Notes under the pieces: model-generated
Seen by the model: the letters and a program-made list of their open reading frames with translations, nothing else
What the model was told of the DNA's origin: nothing
Database searches by the model: none
DNA from: an uncultured delta proteobacterium
GTDB lineage: Bacteria > Desulfobacterota > Desulfobacteria > Desulfobacterales > B30-G6
DNA: 64,000 bases
Direction of reading: 5' to 3'
NCBI GenBank assembly: GCA_963823335.1
Contig: CAWGLD010000001.1
Span: forward strand, 608,001 to 672,000
Shown: positions 1 to 9,650 of the stretch, piece after piece
Numbering within the stretch: the stretch's first letter is position 1
Layout of the letters: every line of letters starts with the position of its first letter
Translations under genes and position numbers: made by a program

Positions 1-2
1 AT

Positions 3-425
3 TATATTGACCAGGCAAAGATCGTCACTCGCAGCTCTGATAATGAAATTGAACAAGCCGAGTTTGATCAGTGGAGCGGTTCTTTCAAAAACAATATTAC
101 TGAGGTGTTAGCCGAAAATATTGGGAGTCTCTTGGGATCTGAGAAGACTTCTATTTTTCCGTGGCGCTCCTATGTTTTCATTGACTATCAGGTTCTTATT
201 GATGTCATTAGATGTGATGGCCGACTCGGAAAAGATGTGGTGCTTGTTGTGCGCTGGAGCGTACTTAAAAGCAAAGAAAAACAATTGGTTGCTATGAAAC
301 GAAGCCGCATCAACCAGGCCGTGGACTCTGCTGGATACGCTGCCCTGGTTGCCGCTTATAGCCGCGTTATTGGTGAACTCAGCCGTGAGATAACAGAGAC
401 GATTCAGGATGATGCGCGAAAATAA
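3..425 (+). CDS. PqiC-family (ABC-type transport auxiliary) lipoprotein, 5' end outside window
   Basis: Open frame from the window edge: YIDQAKIVTRSSDNEIEQAEFDQWSGSFKNNITEVLAENIGSLLG...IFPW...VRWSV, the PqiC/DUF330 pattern. Confidence 0.7.
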   Translation, partial: YIDQAKIVTRSSDNEIEQAEFDQWSGSFKNNITEVLAENIGSLLGSEKTSIFPWRSYVFIDYQVLIDVIRCDGRLGKDVVLVVRWSVLKSKEKQLVAMKRSRINQAVDSAGYAALVAAYSRVIGELSREITETIQDDARK

Positions 426-617
426 GTGCCGGGGCCATGTCAAGGACTTTAACCTGAAAAGGGAGGTTCAGCGAACAGTCAACATATCATAGTGGATCGT
501 TTTATCGATTGTTGCACCCGAAGGAATACCAAAGTGGTACGAAGGATCATTTCAGTTGAAATGCCATCAGGAGAACCTTTTAAAATCAAAAAACATTTGA
601 ACGTAACTTGCGGCGGG

Positions 618-845
618 TTAGTTGTTCTTTGTGGAAAAAAATCCCATTTTCTGAGCGGTGTCTATTACCTGAAGACGTCCTGAGACCTTCAATTTGCGGT
701 AAATGCTGGTGGCGTGGCTCTTGACCGTTTCGGGAGAAATGGTCAGATCCTCAGCAATCTCCCTGTAAGTAAGTCGTTTGACCAGCCTTTCAAGTATTAC
801 TAGTTCACGGTTCGTCAATAGGCTGGCGGAAGACAGATTCTGTCT
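618..845 (-). pseudogene. 5'-truncated LuxR/MalT-type C-terminal HTH regulator remnant
   Basis: LTNRELVILERLVKRLTYREIAEDLTISPETVKSHATSIYRKLKVSGR is a LuxR HTH. The upstream part of the ORF is just the antisense of the integrase remnant. Confidence 0.7.
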
Positions 846-1091
846 AAAGCGTGTGATAACCTTGATATCAAAGGCGTGGACCTTTATGGCGGGACAAAGC
901 ACTCGACCGCTACAGTGTTGGGAGAATTCCTGACATCGGAAGAGGTAAAACGTGGGGAGACGGGATCGGCAACAAACAAAGCGTTTGAGAGATACTTTCA
1001 ACCCCGCCGGACAGAGTCTGTTAAGGTTGTGTCTACAATCAAAGAGTTGCAGAAAAAGCAAGCGGGAAAAGTTGTCAAAATGCGGAAATAA
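846..1091 (+). pseudogene. C-terminal remnant of a phage-type tyrosine integrase
   Basis: KACDNLDIKGVDLYGGTKHSTAT...TNKAFERYF resembles the HxxR-box and catalytic-Tyr region of tyrosine recombinases. It has no N-terminus and ends ~85 bp from an att-like ssrA fragment. Confidence 0.6.
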
Positions 1092-1176
1092 AAAATGTTG
1101 TCAGACTGATTAACATCTGATCAACATCTTTTACACAAACAAAATACATAAATTATTGTTTTTATTATAATATAAA

Positions 1177-1352
1177 TGGTGGAGGTCTCAGAGCCTTACC
1201 CCAATTCGTTCTCCAAACCAAATTACATTCGCAAACCCTTCTTATTCAACATATTACAGCACATCAAAACCCTTCAAGCTGCCGGACGCCGAGAGAAATT
1301 TAATTCTCTACATTTTCCCGAAACAGAGAACGGACGTGGGTTCGATTCCCGC
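1177..1352. mobile_element. Split, partly inverted att-like copy of the tmRNA 3' end
   Basis: 1177-1185 TGGTGGAGG matches the ssrA 3' terminus. 1331-1352 CGGACGTGGGTTCGATTCCCGC matches the ssrA T-arm at 20/22 nt but in the opposite orientation. Confidence 0.55.
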
Positions 1353-1380
1353 TTGAATACCCGGCGGTGCGTTTTACAAC

Positions 1381-2364
1381 TCATGTCTTAACCGCCATTA
1401 CCGTGCTAATCAGCCATGCGGTATAGCCCACATAAACCAGTAACAAAGCCGCTCCCTCAAGGCGATTGATGCGCCCCTGACGTCCTCTGAATCCATAGCC
1501 AATCAGGAAAAGTGAAATGGTCAACGCTCCCATAACAACCATGTCCCGGGAGAGCGTTTCCGGCTCCACAGCGAAGGGATGAATCGAACCGGCAATACCG
1601 ACAACGGCCAGCGTGTTAAACAGATTTGATCCGAGCACATTTCCAAGAGCGATATCATGCTCACCTTTGCGGGCTGCAATGACCGATGAAGCCAGCTCCG
1701 GCAAGGAGGTCCCCACCGCTATAATCGTCAAACCGATGATCATGTCGCTGACACCGAATATCTGTGCTATCTCCACTGAACCCCAAACGAGAATTCGGGA
1801 ACTGGCAATGAGCAGTAGCAACCCGGCAACAAGCCAGAAAACAGCTCGCTTAATCGGCATCTCTTTTTCAGCGGTTTCAGACTCAACCTCTTTGGCCAGA
1901 GTATCTGTCTTTCGTTTCAGGCCCTGATAGATGGTCCATGCCATCAGGCCCGCAAATACAAGCAGCAAGATAACTGCATCGAGCCGTGACAAATCAAGGT
2001 CTGCGAGAAGGAACACTGTGAGAATGGTGACCAGCGTAAGTATAGGCAGCTCTTTGCGCAATACCATCGAATGAACCATGATCGGGCTGATCAGGGCAGA
2101 CACCCCGAGGATCAGGGCAATGTTGCAGATATTGGAGCCATACGCATTACCAAGGGCAATTCCCGCATTCCCATCGATCGAGGCCAATGCGGAAACAACC
2201 ATCTCCGGAGCAGATGTTCCAAAGCCAACGATCACCATACCAATCAACAGCGGCGGCATGCCGAAGTGGCGGGCTGTGGATGCCGAACCTTCAACGAAGC
2301 GGTCCGCACTCCAAACGAGCAGTACAAGACCGGCAATCAAAGCCAAAACAGCTAATCCCATCAT
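1381..2364 (-). CDS. Calcium/sodium antiporter (YrbG/CaCA family)
   Basis: Two alpha repeats GTSAPE / GTSLPE and GNAYGSN / GNVLGSN; hydrophobic, 327 aa. Confidence 0.9.
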   Translation of the reverse strand: MMGLAVLALIAGLVLLVWSADRFVEGSASTARHFGMPPLLIGMVIVGFGTSAPEMVVSALASIDGNAGIALGNAYGSNICNIALILGVSALISPIMVHSMVLRKELPILTLVTILTVFLLADLDLSRLDAVILLLVFAGLMAWTIYQGLKRKTDTLAKEVESETAEKEMPIKRAVFWLVAGLLLLIASSRILVWGSVEIAQIFGVSDMIIGLTIIAVGTSLPELASSVIAARKGEHDIALGNVLGSNLFNTLAVVGIAGSIHPFAVEPETLSRDMVVMGALTISLFLIGYGFRGRQGRINRLEGAALLLVYVGYTAWLISTVMAVKT

Positions 2365-2386
2365 CCAAATCCCTTATACATAGAAG

Positions 2387-2950
2387 TTAATCCTCATTGT
2401 TTTTATCATTCTTGTGCTCTATCTGTTTGAGCAATAGATCGAAGTCGCTTTCAAAGAGCCGATCCTGAACAATGCGGTACTTCTCAAATTCGGTTTCAGC
2501 ATGGGCCTTTGTCAGCTCAGCGGTTACCTTTCCAGCGTCTTGCAGAATCTCTCTATCCCAGAGTTTCAGGAACCCGCCCAAGCGCTCTTCCCAGTTAGCC
2601 ATGGTCATAGGGATTTTGCGCATGGCCTGCATTTCTGCCATGTCCAGATAGGCCTACACGACTCGCTGCATCTGTCCAAGTTCAAATTCCGAGAGGTAAT
2701 TTTTGGCGATGGATACATCGTATTTATGGATTTTTCCTTTTGGAGCTCCTTCCCAGCTGGTCAGCCCCATGTTTTCTTTTTGGTGGTCTGCACGATCTAC
2801 AATAACCTCAGCCGCTGTATTGCCATGAATGGCATAATGCATCTTGTTTTGGACAGCGGCGAAGAATCGCTTGGTAGCTGTAGCAGACGGATCATAGTCC
2901 AGTGCAGTTGCGTAAATATCGGTGATCTTCTGATAAAACTTGCGCTCGGA
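2387..2950 (-). pseudogene. RhuM-family protein, C-terminal half with in-frame TAG
   Basis: SERKFYQKITDIYATALDYD...VQNKMHYAIHGNTAAE...IAKNYL...RVV*AYLDMAE...QDRLFESDFD is RhuM-like. In-frame TAG at 2654-2656; N-terminus missing. Confidence 0.8.
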
Positions 2951-3178
2951 TATCTGAACATACTTGAAAGTGTTTAGATCAAATGGAACCCTGTCACCTG
3001 AATCCTGAGGTTCAAACAGATAGATAAGCCGGTTTTGCTCATGATGCTTGAGGGCGTAGCCTGCTTCCACATACACATTGGGACGCTGCCCGGTCAGGTC
3101 GCAGATGATGATTTCGGAACCGGCAATGGCTTCATACATTTTCTGATGGATCGGGAATCCTAAGCCTTTGATCCATGA
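2951..3178 (-). pseudogene. Fragment of a nucleoside 2-deoxyribosyltransferase-like domain fused in frame to the RhuM remnant
   Basis: IHQKMYEAIAGSEIIICDLTGQRPNVYVEAGYAL...VPFDL matches the DLT..RPNVY.E.GYA motif of NDT-like domains. Confidence 0.55.
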
Positions 3179-3281
3179 TACATATTTTACACAAGTAAGA
3201 AGAAGATGTATAGAGGACGACCATATAAGAAGTTTTAATGACTTTTTACAGGCTTTTTAATTTATGAAAAAAGGGATTTAA

Positions 3282-3683
3282 ATGTCAATCGAGAAAAAAC
3301 AATTTGACAATGAAAATGAACTGCATGGATGGGTAGAAAAAAATATAGAATTATTCTTTGGCGAAGTACTTTACGTGCCTGGGAATTTTTTCATTTCAAC
3401 AAAACGCAATAAAGGTGGAAAACCCGACGGCTTCATTTTAGATGTAAAAAATAATAGTTGGACAATTATTGAGTCTGAGCTCTTAAAACATGGTGTTTGG
3501 GAACATATACCCTATGAAATTTTAATAGAATATTTGCAACAAACCTTCACATCAAAAAATCCAGATGGCACAATTCGCCATTACCATCTTTATATAAAAA
3601 ATGAACCCGGGCATATGCTATGGATTAATCAAGACTCAATAACATGGGATGTAGAAGAACATTTTTTTGTTAATGAGTCCTAA
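3282..3683 (+). CDS. AT-rich PD-(D/E)xK nuclease-like protein, probably truncated or chimeric
   Basis: ENELHGWVEKNIELFFG...KPDGFILD...IIESEL pattern; low GC; short. Confidence 0.45.
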   Translation: MSIEKKQFDNENELHGWVEKNIELFFGEVLYVPGNFFISTKRNKGGKPDGFILDVKNNSWTIIESELLKHGVWEHIPYEILIEYLQQTFTSKNPDGTIRHYHLYIKNEPGHMLWINQDSITWDVEEHFFVNES

Positions 3684-3778
3684 TGTTTAATAGAATTAAT
3701 TATAGGTAGTGGGATACCAGTGGGATACCAGAAAAGGATGCTAAAATTAATTAACACCTTGATAATATTGACAATAAA

Positions 3779-3803
3779 TGGTAGAGGCGGCGGGAGTCGA
3801 ACC
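3779..3803 (-). repeat. att-like direct-repeat copy of the tmRNA 3' end
   Basis: TGGTAGAGGCGGCGGGAGTCGAACC versus TGGTGGAGGCGGCGGGAGTCGAACC at 5538-5562 (24/25). Confidence 0.85.
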
Positions 3804-3960
3804 TACGTTAGTCCTTACAGCCAGAAGGGTTTGCAGCGGTTTACCGAATGTTTACTGAATACCCCCAAGTGAACCGATTTTGTCGCACGCCCAACCGAAC
3901 TCTATACAAAAATCCGTACCCTCTCTTCCAAAATGAAGGGGACAGGTACTGATTGTCCTG

Positions 3961-5127
3961 TCAGTCGGGCAACTCGGTCCCTTGATTCATGATTTCCAGA
4001 TATCCTGTGTAACTGAAAATCCGATTGCGTTTGCGGGAGGTCAGTTCACGGACAATCCCCAACCGTTGCAGATGTTCCAGGGATTTGTTGACCGTGGCCG
4101 GCGTGATACCTGTTTTTTCCACTAGCCACTTGGAAGCCGTGATTGGACGACCCATCAGAGTTTGATGCACCCGCAGGGATGACGCTGCCGCACGGCCAAG
4201 TCCACTGATTCTGTCTCGGTCTTCATTGGCAAGATTTACGAGCTGCCTGGCGGTGTCCACCGCCTGGGTAGCAATGACGATGACCGCTTCGGCGAAGAAA
4301 TCGAGCCAGGCTTCCCAGTTTCCGTTTAAACGAATTTCATTGAGCAGCTCGTAGTAATATTGCCGGTGTGTTTTGAAATATAGGCTCAGATAAAGCATCG
4401 GCTCCCGAAGCATTTTTTGTTCGCACAATAGCAGTGTGATTAACAGGCGCCCTAAACGACCGTTGCCATCTAAAAACGGATGGATTGTTTCAAACTGCAC
4501 ATGGGCCAATGCGGCCTTGAGCAAGGCAGGCGTGGGTTCCGGCTGGTCATGCAGAAACAACTCCAATTTACCCAAACAATCCAACACTTGCTCAGCTGGC
4601 GGCGGAACAAAGGATGCATTACCGGGTCGGGTGCCGCCGATCCAATTCTGGGTTCTGCGAAATTGACCAGGTGTCTGGTTGGAACCCCGCCCTTTGGAAA
4701 GCAACACAGCATGCATTTCTTTGATCAGACGGAGGGACAAGGGATATCCTTCGGCAAGTCGCTTTAGTCCGAAATCCAGGGCAGCCACATAATTGCTGAC
4801 CTCACGTACATCGTTCAGCGGCACACCGGGCTCCATATCCAGTTCAAAAAGCAAGAGATCGGAAAGCGTCGACTGCGTTCCCTCGATCATGGAGGAAAGA
4901 ACGGCCTCTTTACGAACATACATGTAAAGAAATAGGGAAATGTCTGGTAAAAAGGTCGAGATGCTATCCAGCCTACCGAGCGCAAGTAGAGCATGGTCGA
5001 ACTTGCTACGCAACTCCGGCGTCCACTCGATGGAAGGATTCGGCGGCAGCGGGGCAGGGATAAAGGCCCGGGCCTTCTCTCCCACTGTTGAAATCGTAAC
5101 GTATTGTCCCTGGAGCTTTCGTTTCAT
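3961..5127 (-). CDS. Fic family protein (N-terminal Fic_N, C-terminal HTH)
   Basis: Canonical HPFLDGNGRLGR motif and EAVLSSMIEGT. Start placed at MKRKLQGQY. Confidence 0.9.
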   Translation of the reverse strand: MKRKLQGQYVTISTVGEKARAFIPAPLPPNPSIEWTPELRSKFDHALLALGRLDSISTFLPDISLFLYMYVRKEAVLSSMIEGTQSTLSDLLLFELDMEPGVPLNDVREVSNYVAALDFGLKRLAEGYPLSLRLIKEMHAVLLSKGRGSNQTPGQFRRTQNWIGGTRPGNASFVPPPAEQVLDCLGKLELFLHDQPEPTPALLKAALAHVQFETIHPFLDGNGRLGRLLITLLLCEQKMLREPMLYLSLYFKTHRQYYYELLNEIRLNGNWEAWLDFFAEAVIVIATQAVDTARQLVNLANEDRDRISGLGRAAASSLRVHQTLMGRPITASKWLVEKTGITPATVNKSLEHLQRLGIVRELTSRKRNRIFSYTGYLEIMNQGTELPD

Positions 5128-5438
5128 TGATTGAAACTGTCCTAAAAGAATACTTTTTGTTATTTTAACATAATGCCGTAAAATAAAATAACAAAAAACG
5201 GGGCAGGAGTCAAGCGAGTTGACTAAAATAGCGATCTCGATTATTTTAGCTTGGACGGCCTTTCTAAAATAAGGTGCATGAAAACAAGGTAGGTCACTCA
5301 CACGACTTAATCCAGCAGCCTCTGCAAATCCCATTCGGATGTCATCCATAGGAAGAATGCTATGGAACCAGTGGGTCTAAACCATAATTTGATGGGCTTA
5401 GGAATTGAATGAAAGCATTCGATAATCCATTTCTTAAA

Positions 5439-5480
5439 ATAAAAACCCAAATTGATATAGTCGTCAATTTGGGTTTTTAT
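5439..5480 (-). terminator. Intrinsic terminator downstream of tmRNA
   Basis: Perfect 17-bp inverted repeat ATAAAAACCCAAATTGA / TCAATTTGGGTTTTTAT with 8-nt loop, ~60 nt past the ssrA 3' end. Confidence 0.65.
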
Positions 5481-5537
5481 GAATACGTTACCGAACGAAT
5501 ATATAATTTATAACTAACTGTAATTATAGTATATTTA

Positions 5538-5890
5538 TGGTGGAGGCGGCGGGAGTCGAACCCGCGTCCGAAAATAATCCACTGTGACATCTACATGCTT
5601 GTCTCGATGTTTGGTGTTCGCCGTTTCAAGTCTCCATCGAGCAGGATGCTTAAAAGACTATCCTGTTAGAATTTCGCCAGTCTGGTAACAGGATTAACAG
5701 TCCGGCTATCCCGCAAGTCGACGCCCTGTCCGGATTAGCAGGATTGGTCCGGCAGAACGCTAGCCTTAAGCGGCTAGAGCGTAGTTATAATCGTCTGCGA
5801 TTACATTAAGTTCCGTCTTTTTTACGAGCTGACAGAATGCTCGGCATGCAACCAGAGTTTCTTTATCCCCGTCGAAGCCGTTTCGCCCCC
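5538..5890 (-). ncRNA. ssrA: tmRNA (transfer-messenger RNA)
   Basis: 5' GGGGGCGAAACGGCTTCGACGGGG, 3' GCGGGTTCGACTCCCGCCGCCTCCACCA, 353 nt. Tag ORF 5798-5766 reads ADDYNYALAA*. Confidence 0.97.
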
Positions 5891-6379
5891 AATATTCTCA
5901 AAGATCCAAATTCGAAGATTTCATGAAACTTGGTGAGTCATACTTTAATTAACAAAATAAATCAATTTCTTGTCATATGAAATACTAATCTATTTTATCA
6001 CCAAGTTTCACCCTTCGGGCGTCCCCGATCAACGCTGCCGCTGTGTTATTCAGCCTTCGCAGTAGCAAACTACGGCTTCAGGCTGAAATGCCTTGCGTCA
6101 GAGTCGATCAGGTTTGTGAAATTTCCGAATCCAATCGCTTAACGCGATTAAATTATATGCGGCTTACGCCGCTTTTAATACCCACATGTATAATTATAAT
6201 TTAATCAGGATGGAGATGATTGTCAAACAACAATAAATTCGTTATACGAATTTATCATACGCGGCGTTGCCGCTATATTTCCATTTCCAGACATTTTTGG
6301 TTTCAGTTCGAGGAGATAGTAAGCTCTGGCAAACAACACGCCTCTCCCTTGAACCCTGGAATCCTGGAACCCTCGAATC

Positions 6380-6991
6380 CTATTTTTTATTACCAATTAA
6401 CAGACCGGTCAAGTAAGTCCCACCGATGGCCAGGCATTCCATATCGATGTGCTTTTCGGCAGATTGCCGGAAAAGAATTGATGTTTGGGCCGGGAACATG
6501 TCATCCCGGTCGTTGAAACGAAAAAAAACCGGTACGCGGGGCAGCATCTGAAACATATAGGCCACATCGAAAGCAGGTGCTTCCATGGCACGGCCCCCCA
6601 TTTCCCGGCAGGCGGATTTCAGCCGATCGATGTGCCCGGCAAAGGTGGTTTCGATGATCTTATTGGTGTTGCTTGTGAAATAGCCGGTCAAGGGCCCGGC
6701 ATCCTTGAACTCGCGATAGGTCACCCACTCGCCGGGTTCAGGCTCCATTTCCGGGCACTGCAGGACATAGCAGCACAACAGCACACTCAAGGCAAAGGTG
6801 GCCTTTTGACCGGCGGCATTCAGAACCCCATCCTTTGATACCTGGTGTGGCTCGCCATAAAAGGAAATCACAAGCCTATCATCCTGTATGGCCCCGCCCA
6901 GAATGTCAGCTCTTGATAAAAGATCGATACCGGCGATCCGTTCCAGGTATTTATGGTAGGTTACTTCAAATACTTCTGCTTTTTTCATCAT
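6380..6991 (-). CDS. DUF3786-like protein
   Basis: LLCCYVLQCP...WVTYREFKDAG...LPRVPVFFRFNDRDDMFPAQTSILF...DMECL. Confidence 0.75.
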   Translation of the reverse strand: MMKKAEVFEVTYHKYLERIAGIDLLSRADILGGAIQDDRLVISFYGEPHQVSKDGVLNAAGQKATFALSVLLCCYVLQCPEMEPEPGEWVTYREFKDAGPLTGYFTSNTNKIIETTFAGHIDRLKSACREMGGRAMEAPAFDVAYMFQMLPRVPVFFRFNDRDDMFPAQTSILFRQSAEKHIDMECLAIGGTYLTGLLIGNKK

Positions 6992-6998
6992 GTCCCTT

Positions 6999-7619
6999 CT
7001 ATTGAACGATGACAATTCCCGCCAGGGTCCCCTTGGGTATGGTCTGTGGTTTGGCACCGCTGCCGATGGGATAAATGTCCCAGCCGGCTCTGGCCGTCAT
7101 TTGATAGACATCGATTCCCACCGCCTCCATGGATGGCCGGGCAACCAGAGAGAAGCGGCACTTCTTGCCTTCCATGGCCTGACAGGTGTCCATCTGCCCG
7201 CAAAAGGTATGACGGCAGGAACCTGCTGCAAATCCAAATGCATGGTAATGACCATCATAAAAGGCCTGGGATTCGATTTCACTGACCATCTTATAGACTT
7301 TCTGATAGGCATCCACCCGTTCCTTGATGGTCTTCCTGTCCCGAACGATCACTTCCGAAGGCACATCCATAATGAAAAACACGGCCCATTCAAAGCCCTT
7401 CAGGATATCGCGCAGTTCCTCCGGGGCCAGGGTATTGGGGGGACAATGCGCCCCGGCACCGTATCCGAAACAGCGTGGGACCTGGCACTTGAGGGTAATC
7501 CGCCGATCCACGGGGATATCTCCGGCTGAAACGATCGTGGCCTGGGTTGCCCCAAGGGTCAGAACATTTTCACAATATTTGTGGAGGTTTTCCTTGAGAT
7601 CACCTGCATTTCTATCCAT
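6999..7619 (-). CDS. DUF2284 predicted metal-binding protein
   Basis: KCQVPRCFGYG...CPP, GSC...C...C...C...ARPSMEAVGIDVY. Confidence 0.85.
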   Translation of the reverse strand: MDRNAGDLKENLHKYCENVLTLGATQATIVSAGDIPVDRRITLKCQVPRCFGYGAGAHCPPNTLAPEELRDILKGFEWAVFFIMDVPSEVIVRDRKTIKERVDAYQKVYKMVSEIESQAFYDGHYHAFGFAAGSCRHTFCGQMDTCQAMEGKKCRFSLVARPSMEAVGIDVYQMTARAGWDIYPIGSGAKPQTIPKGTLAGIVIVQ

Positions 7620-7681
7620 GGTGATTTTATCGATCTGTTTTTCCAAAACACTTCTCCTCTGGTTCTGAAGCACATCCTTTC

Positions 7682-7827
7682 TAAAAGGCTTCTCAAAAAG
7701 AGGATTTTGGGTCAAGGTCAAGGCGGGCGATCACTTCAACCCGCAGGAATACTTTTGTATTTTGAGGAGTTGGAGCGTGAGCCCAACACAGAGATTGATC
7801 CAAAAGGCCTTTTTGAGAGGCTTTTTA
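7682..7827 (-). repeat. MITE-like repeat family A (reverse copy)
   Basis: Terminal IR TAAAAGGCTTCTCAAAAAG / CTTTTTGAGAGGCTTTTTA; internal similarity to 23638-23780 and 41306-41477. Confidence 0.8.
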
Positions 7828-8355
7828 ACAGGCAATATCCATCTTGAACGTCTTCATTAAAATACTCGCACTCACCATGTTGGCGGCGTGCGACATGGCA
7901 TCCAGGATGTCACCATCCTGCCAGCCAATGCTGCGCAGGCCATCGACATCCTCCTGGGTAACGGTATTCGGGCCTTTTATGGCCTTCATCACGAAGACCA
8001 CCATGGCCCGGTCTTTGTCATCCAGGGGCACGTTTGCCGGATCCTGGGCTGTTTTTTGGATGTCCTCCTCGGACATGCCCTGCATCTTCAGAAAATTTTT
8101 GTTGAAGTTGATACAAAAAGCATAATCGTATTCCTCGGCCACCAGGTAGCGGATGGTAGACAGCACCCCAAACCCGAGATTCGGGTGCCGGGTAAAATAC
8201 TGAATCGACTGCCACATGGTCTTCATCATCCAGGGGCTGGCACTTGCCAGTTCCATGGGGGAAGGAATCATGCCGATATTTTTTTGCAAGGCATCATAGA
8301 TTTCCTTGACATCACCTTGCGCTTTTTCCGGATTAATGGTCTTGATCAGGGTCAT
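7825..8355 (-). CDS. AhpD/carboxymuconolactone decarboxylase-like protein
   Basis: IRYLVAEEYDYAFCINFN...PLDDKDRAMVVFVMKAI...LRSIGWQDGDILDA; SD AGGAGG upstream. Confidence 0.7.
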   Translation of the reverse strand: MTLIKTINPEKAQGDVKEIYDALQKNIGMIPSPMELASASPWMMKTMWQSIQYFTRHPNLGFGVLSTIRYLVAEEYDYAFCINFNKNFLKMQGMSEEDIQKTAQDPANVPLDDKDRAMVVFVMKAIKGPNTVTQEDVDGLRSIGWQDGDILDAMSHAANMVSASILMKTFKMDIAC

Positions 8356-8374
8356 GGTTACCTCCTTTTGGGTC

Positions 8375-8589
8375 GAGACCTTTGAAAAGCACCCCCTTTT
8401 GCTCGATTCCTGTATCAGGTGAAAATTTCATTCCTCAAAATACCCTATGTATTCACCCCAAAGGCATTTCCTTCGGGCGCCTGCGGTTGAAATTTTCACC
8501 TTCTTTGGACTCAAACAAAATTGACTGTTTTTGAAGAACCTCCCAGCAAGCTACGGAGAATGCTCCCGCTGTTTCGGTTCAAAGGCCTC
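8375..8589 (+). repeat. Family A-related MITE-like element with nested inserts
   Basis: Terminal IR GAGACCTTTGAA / TTCAAAGGCCTC; shares core CCTCAAAATAC..GTATTC..CTGCGG with family A. Contains a 26-bp module (8455-8480) and a family B copy (8531-8582). Confidence 0.7.
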
Positions 8590-8741
8590 GGGACTGTTGT
8601 TTTGTGATAAGCACTACGTTGTAAGCTTTAAGTCGCTTATCGCTAAAGGCTTAGAGCTTACAATCATCCATATCACAATCAGGTCAACTTTGCGAACATT
8701 CACTCTTGAGATTTTAGACAAGCAGGTTTATAATTATCACT

Positions 8742-8993
8742 ATGGCTGACAAACGAAAAATTGAAAGAACCATCTGCAACAGGCAGGTCTCGTTTTCCGT
8801 CGATGGTGAAGATTATGAGGGTACCATCGAAAACATCAGCAACGAAGGCACGCTTATCCTGGCAGACACCCCGGTGCAGCTTCAAGAGGACAAGGAAATA
8901 TCCATTACCATTACGAGCGCCGATCAAGGGGATATGAAAAAAGCCAGAGTCATCTGGGCGGATGATGGGGCTTTCGGGGCTGAATTCTTATAA
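8742..8993 (+). CDS. PilZ domain protein
   Basis: KRKIER...ENISNEGTLI...ARVIW...GAFGAEF (RxxxR and NxSxxG motifs). Confidence 0.85.
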   Translation: MADKRKIERTICNRQVSFSVDGEDYEGTIENISNEGTLILADTPVQLQEDKEISITITSADQGDMKKARVIWADDGAFGAEFL

Positions 8994-9009
8994 CAATCGT
9001 AAAATGCTT

Positions 9010-9636
9010 CTATAAGAGAAACAGCTTCTCCAGCTCTGCCGGTGTATGCACCATGTGGTCCGGTGTGCCTTCGGCGAGTTTTTCCACGCCATGCCAGCCC
9101 CACGTCACGGCAACCGTGACGGCACCCGCTTGCCTTCCCTCGATCATGTCGCCCTTGGTATCCCCCACATAAAAGGCTGGCAGGTCCGGATAGCGCTCCA
9201 TGGTTTTCTGGATTTTTTTCATCTTGCTCCTTTCCTTGTCCGCACCAACGATATCATCAAAACAGGCAATGTTTTCCTTTTCTAAAAATTGCCATACGAG
9301 TTGGGAATCATTGGAAGTGATTACCGTAAGGACATTGCGACTCGATATGATTTTCAACGATTCGTGTATTCCATGGAAAGGCTTTACCTTAGCGAGATAC
9401 TTCCGCACTTTGCGGTTATGGGCATCACCAAGAATTTCATCGATTTTGTGGGCCGAAAGACCCAGTTGGACCAGCGTTTCGAAGAAATTGCCATCAAACA
9501 GGCTGACGACCTGCTCATGTGTCTTTATGCCCGTATATCCGCAAGCACGGGATGCCTCCAGAAATGTGGTTGCAAATATATCCAGGGAATCAACGATCAC
9601 CCCGTCATAGTCGAACATGATCAAATTCTTTTTGAT
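9010..9636 (-). CDS. HAD-superfamily phosphatase (phosphoglycolate phosphatase-like)
   Basis: FDYDGVIVDS, TSN, K, VGDTKGD motifs. Start uncertain (see finding). Confidence 0.85.
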   Translation of the reverse strand: MKKNLIMFDYDGVIVDSLDIFATTFLEASRACGYTGIKTHEQVVSLFDGNFFETLVQLGLSAHKIDEILGDAHNRKVRKYLAKVKPFHGIHESLKIISSRNVLTVITSNDSQLVWQFLEKENIACFDDIVGADKERSKMKKIQKTMERYPDLPAFYVGDTKGDMIEGRQAGAVTVAVTWGWHGVEKLAEGTPDHMVHTPAELEKLFLL

Positions 9637-9650
9637 AGTGCTTCTCCTTA

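Noticed and set aside
1331-1352. T-loop-like GGTTCGATTCC suggesting a tRNA (e.g. tRNA-Pyl)
   Set aside because: No acceptor stem, D arm or anticodon arm; it matches the tmRNA T-arm instead.
5900-6140. Structured ncRNA upstream of ssrA (IR TGAAACTTGGTGA / TCACCAAGTTTCA and hairpins)
   Set aside because: No recognisable family; more likely another repeat remnant. A covariance-model search is needed.
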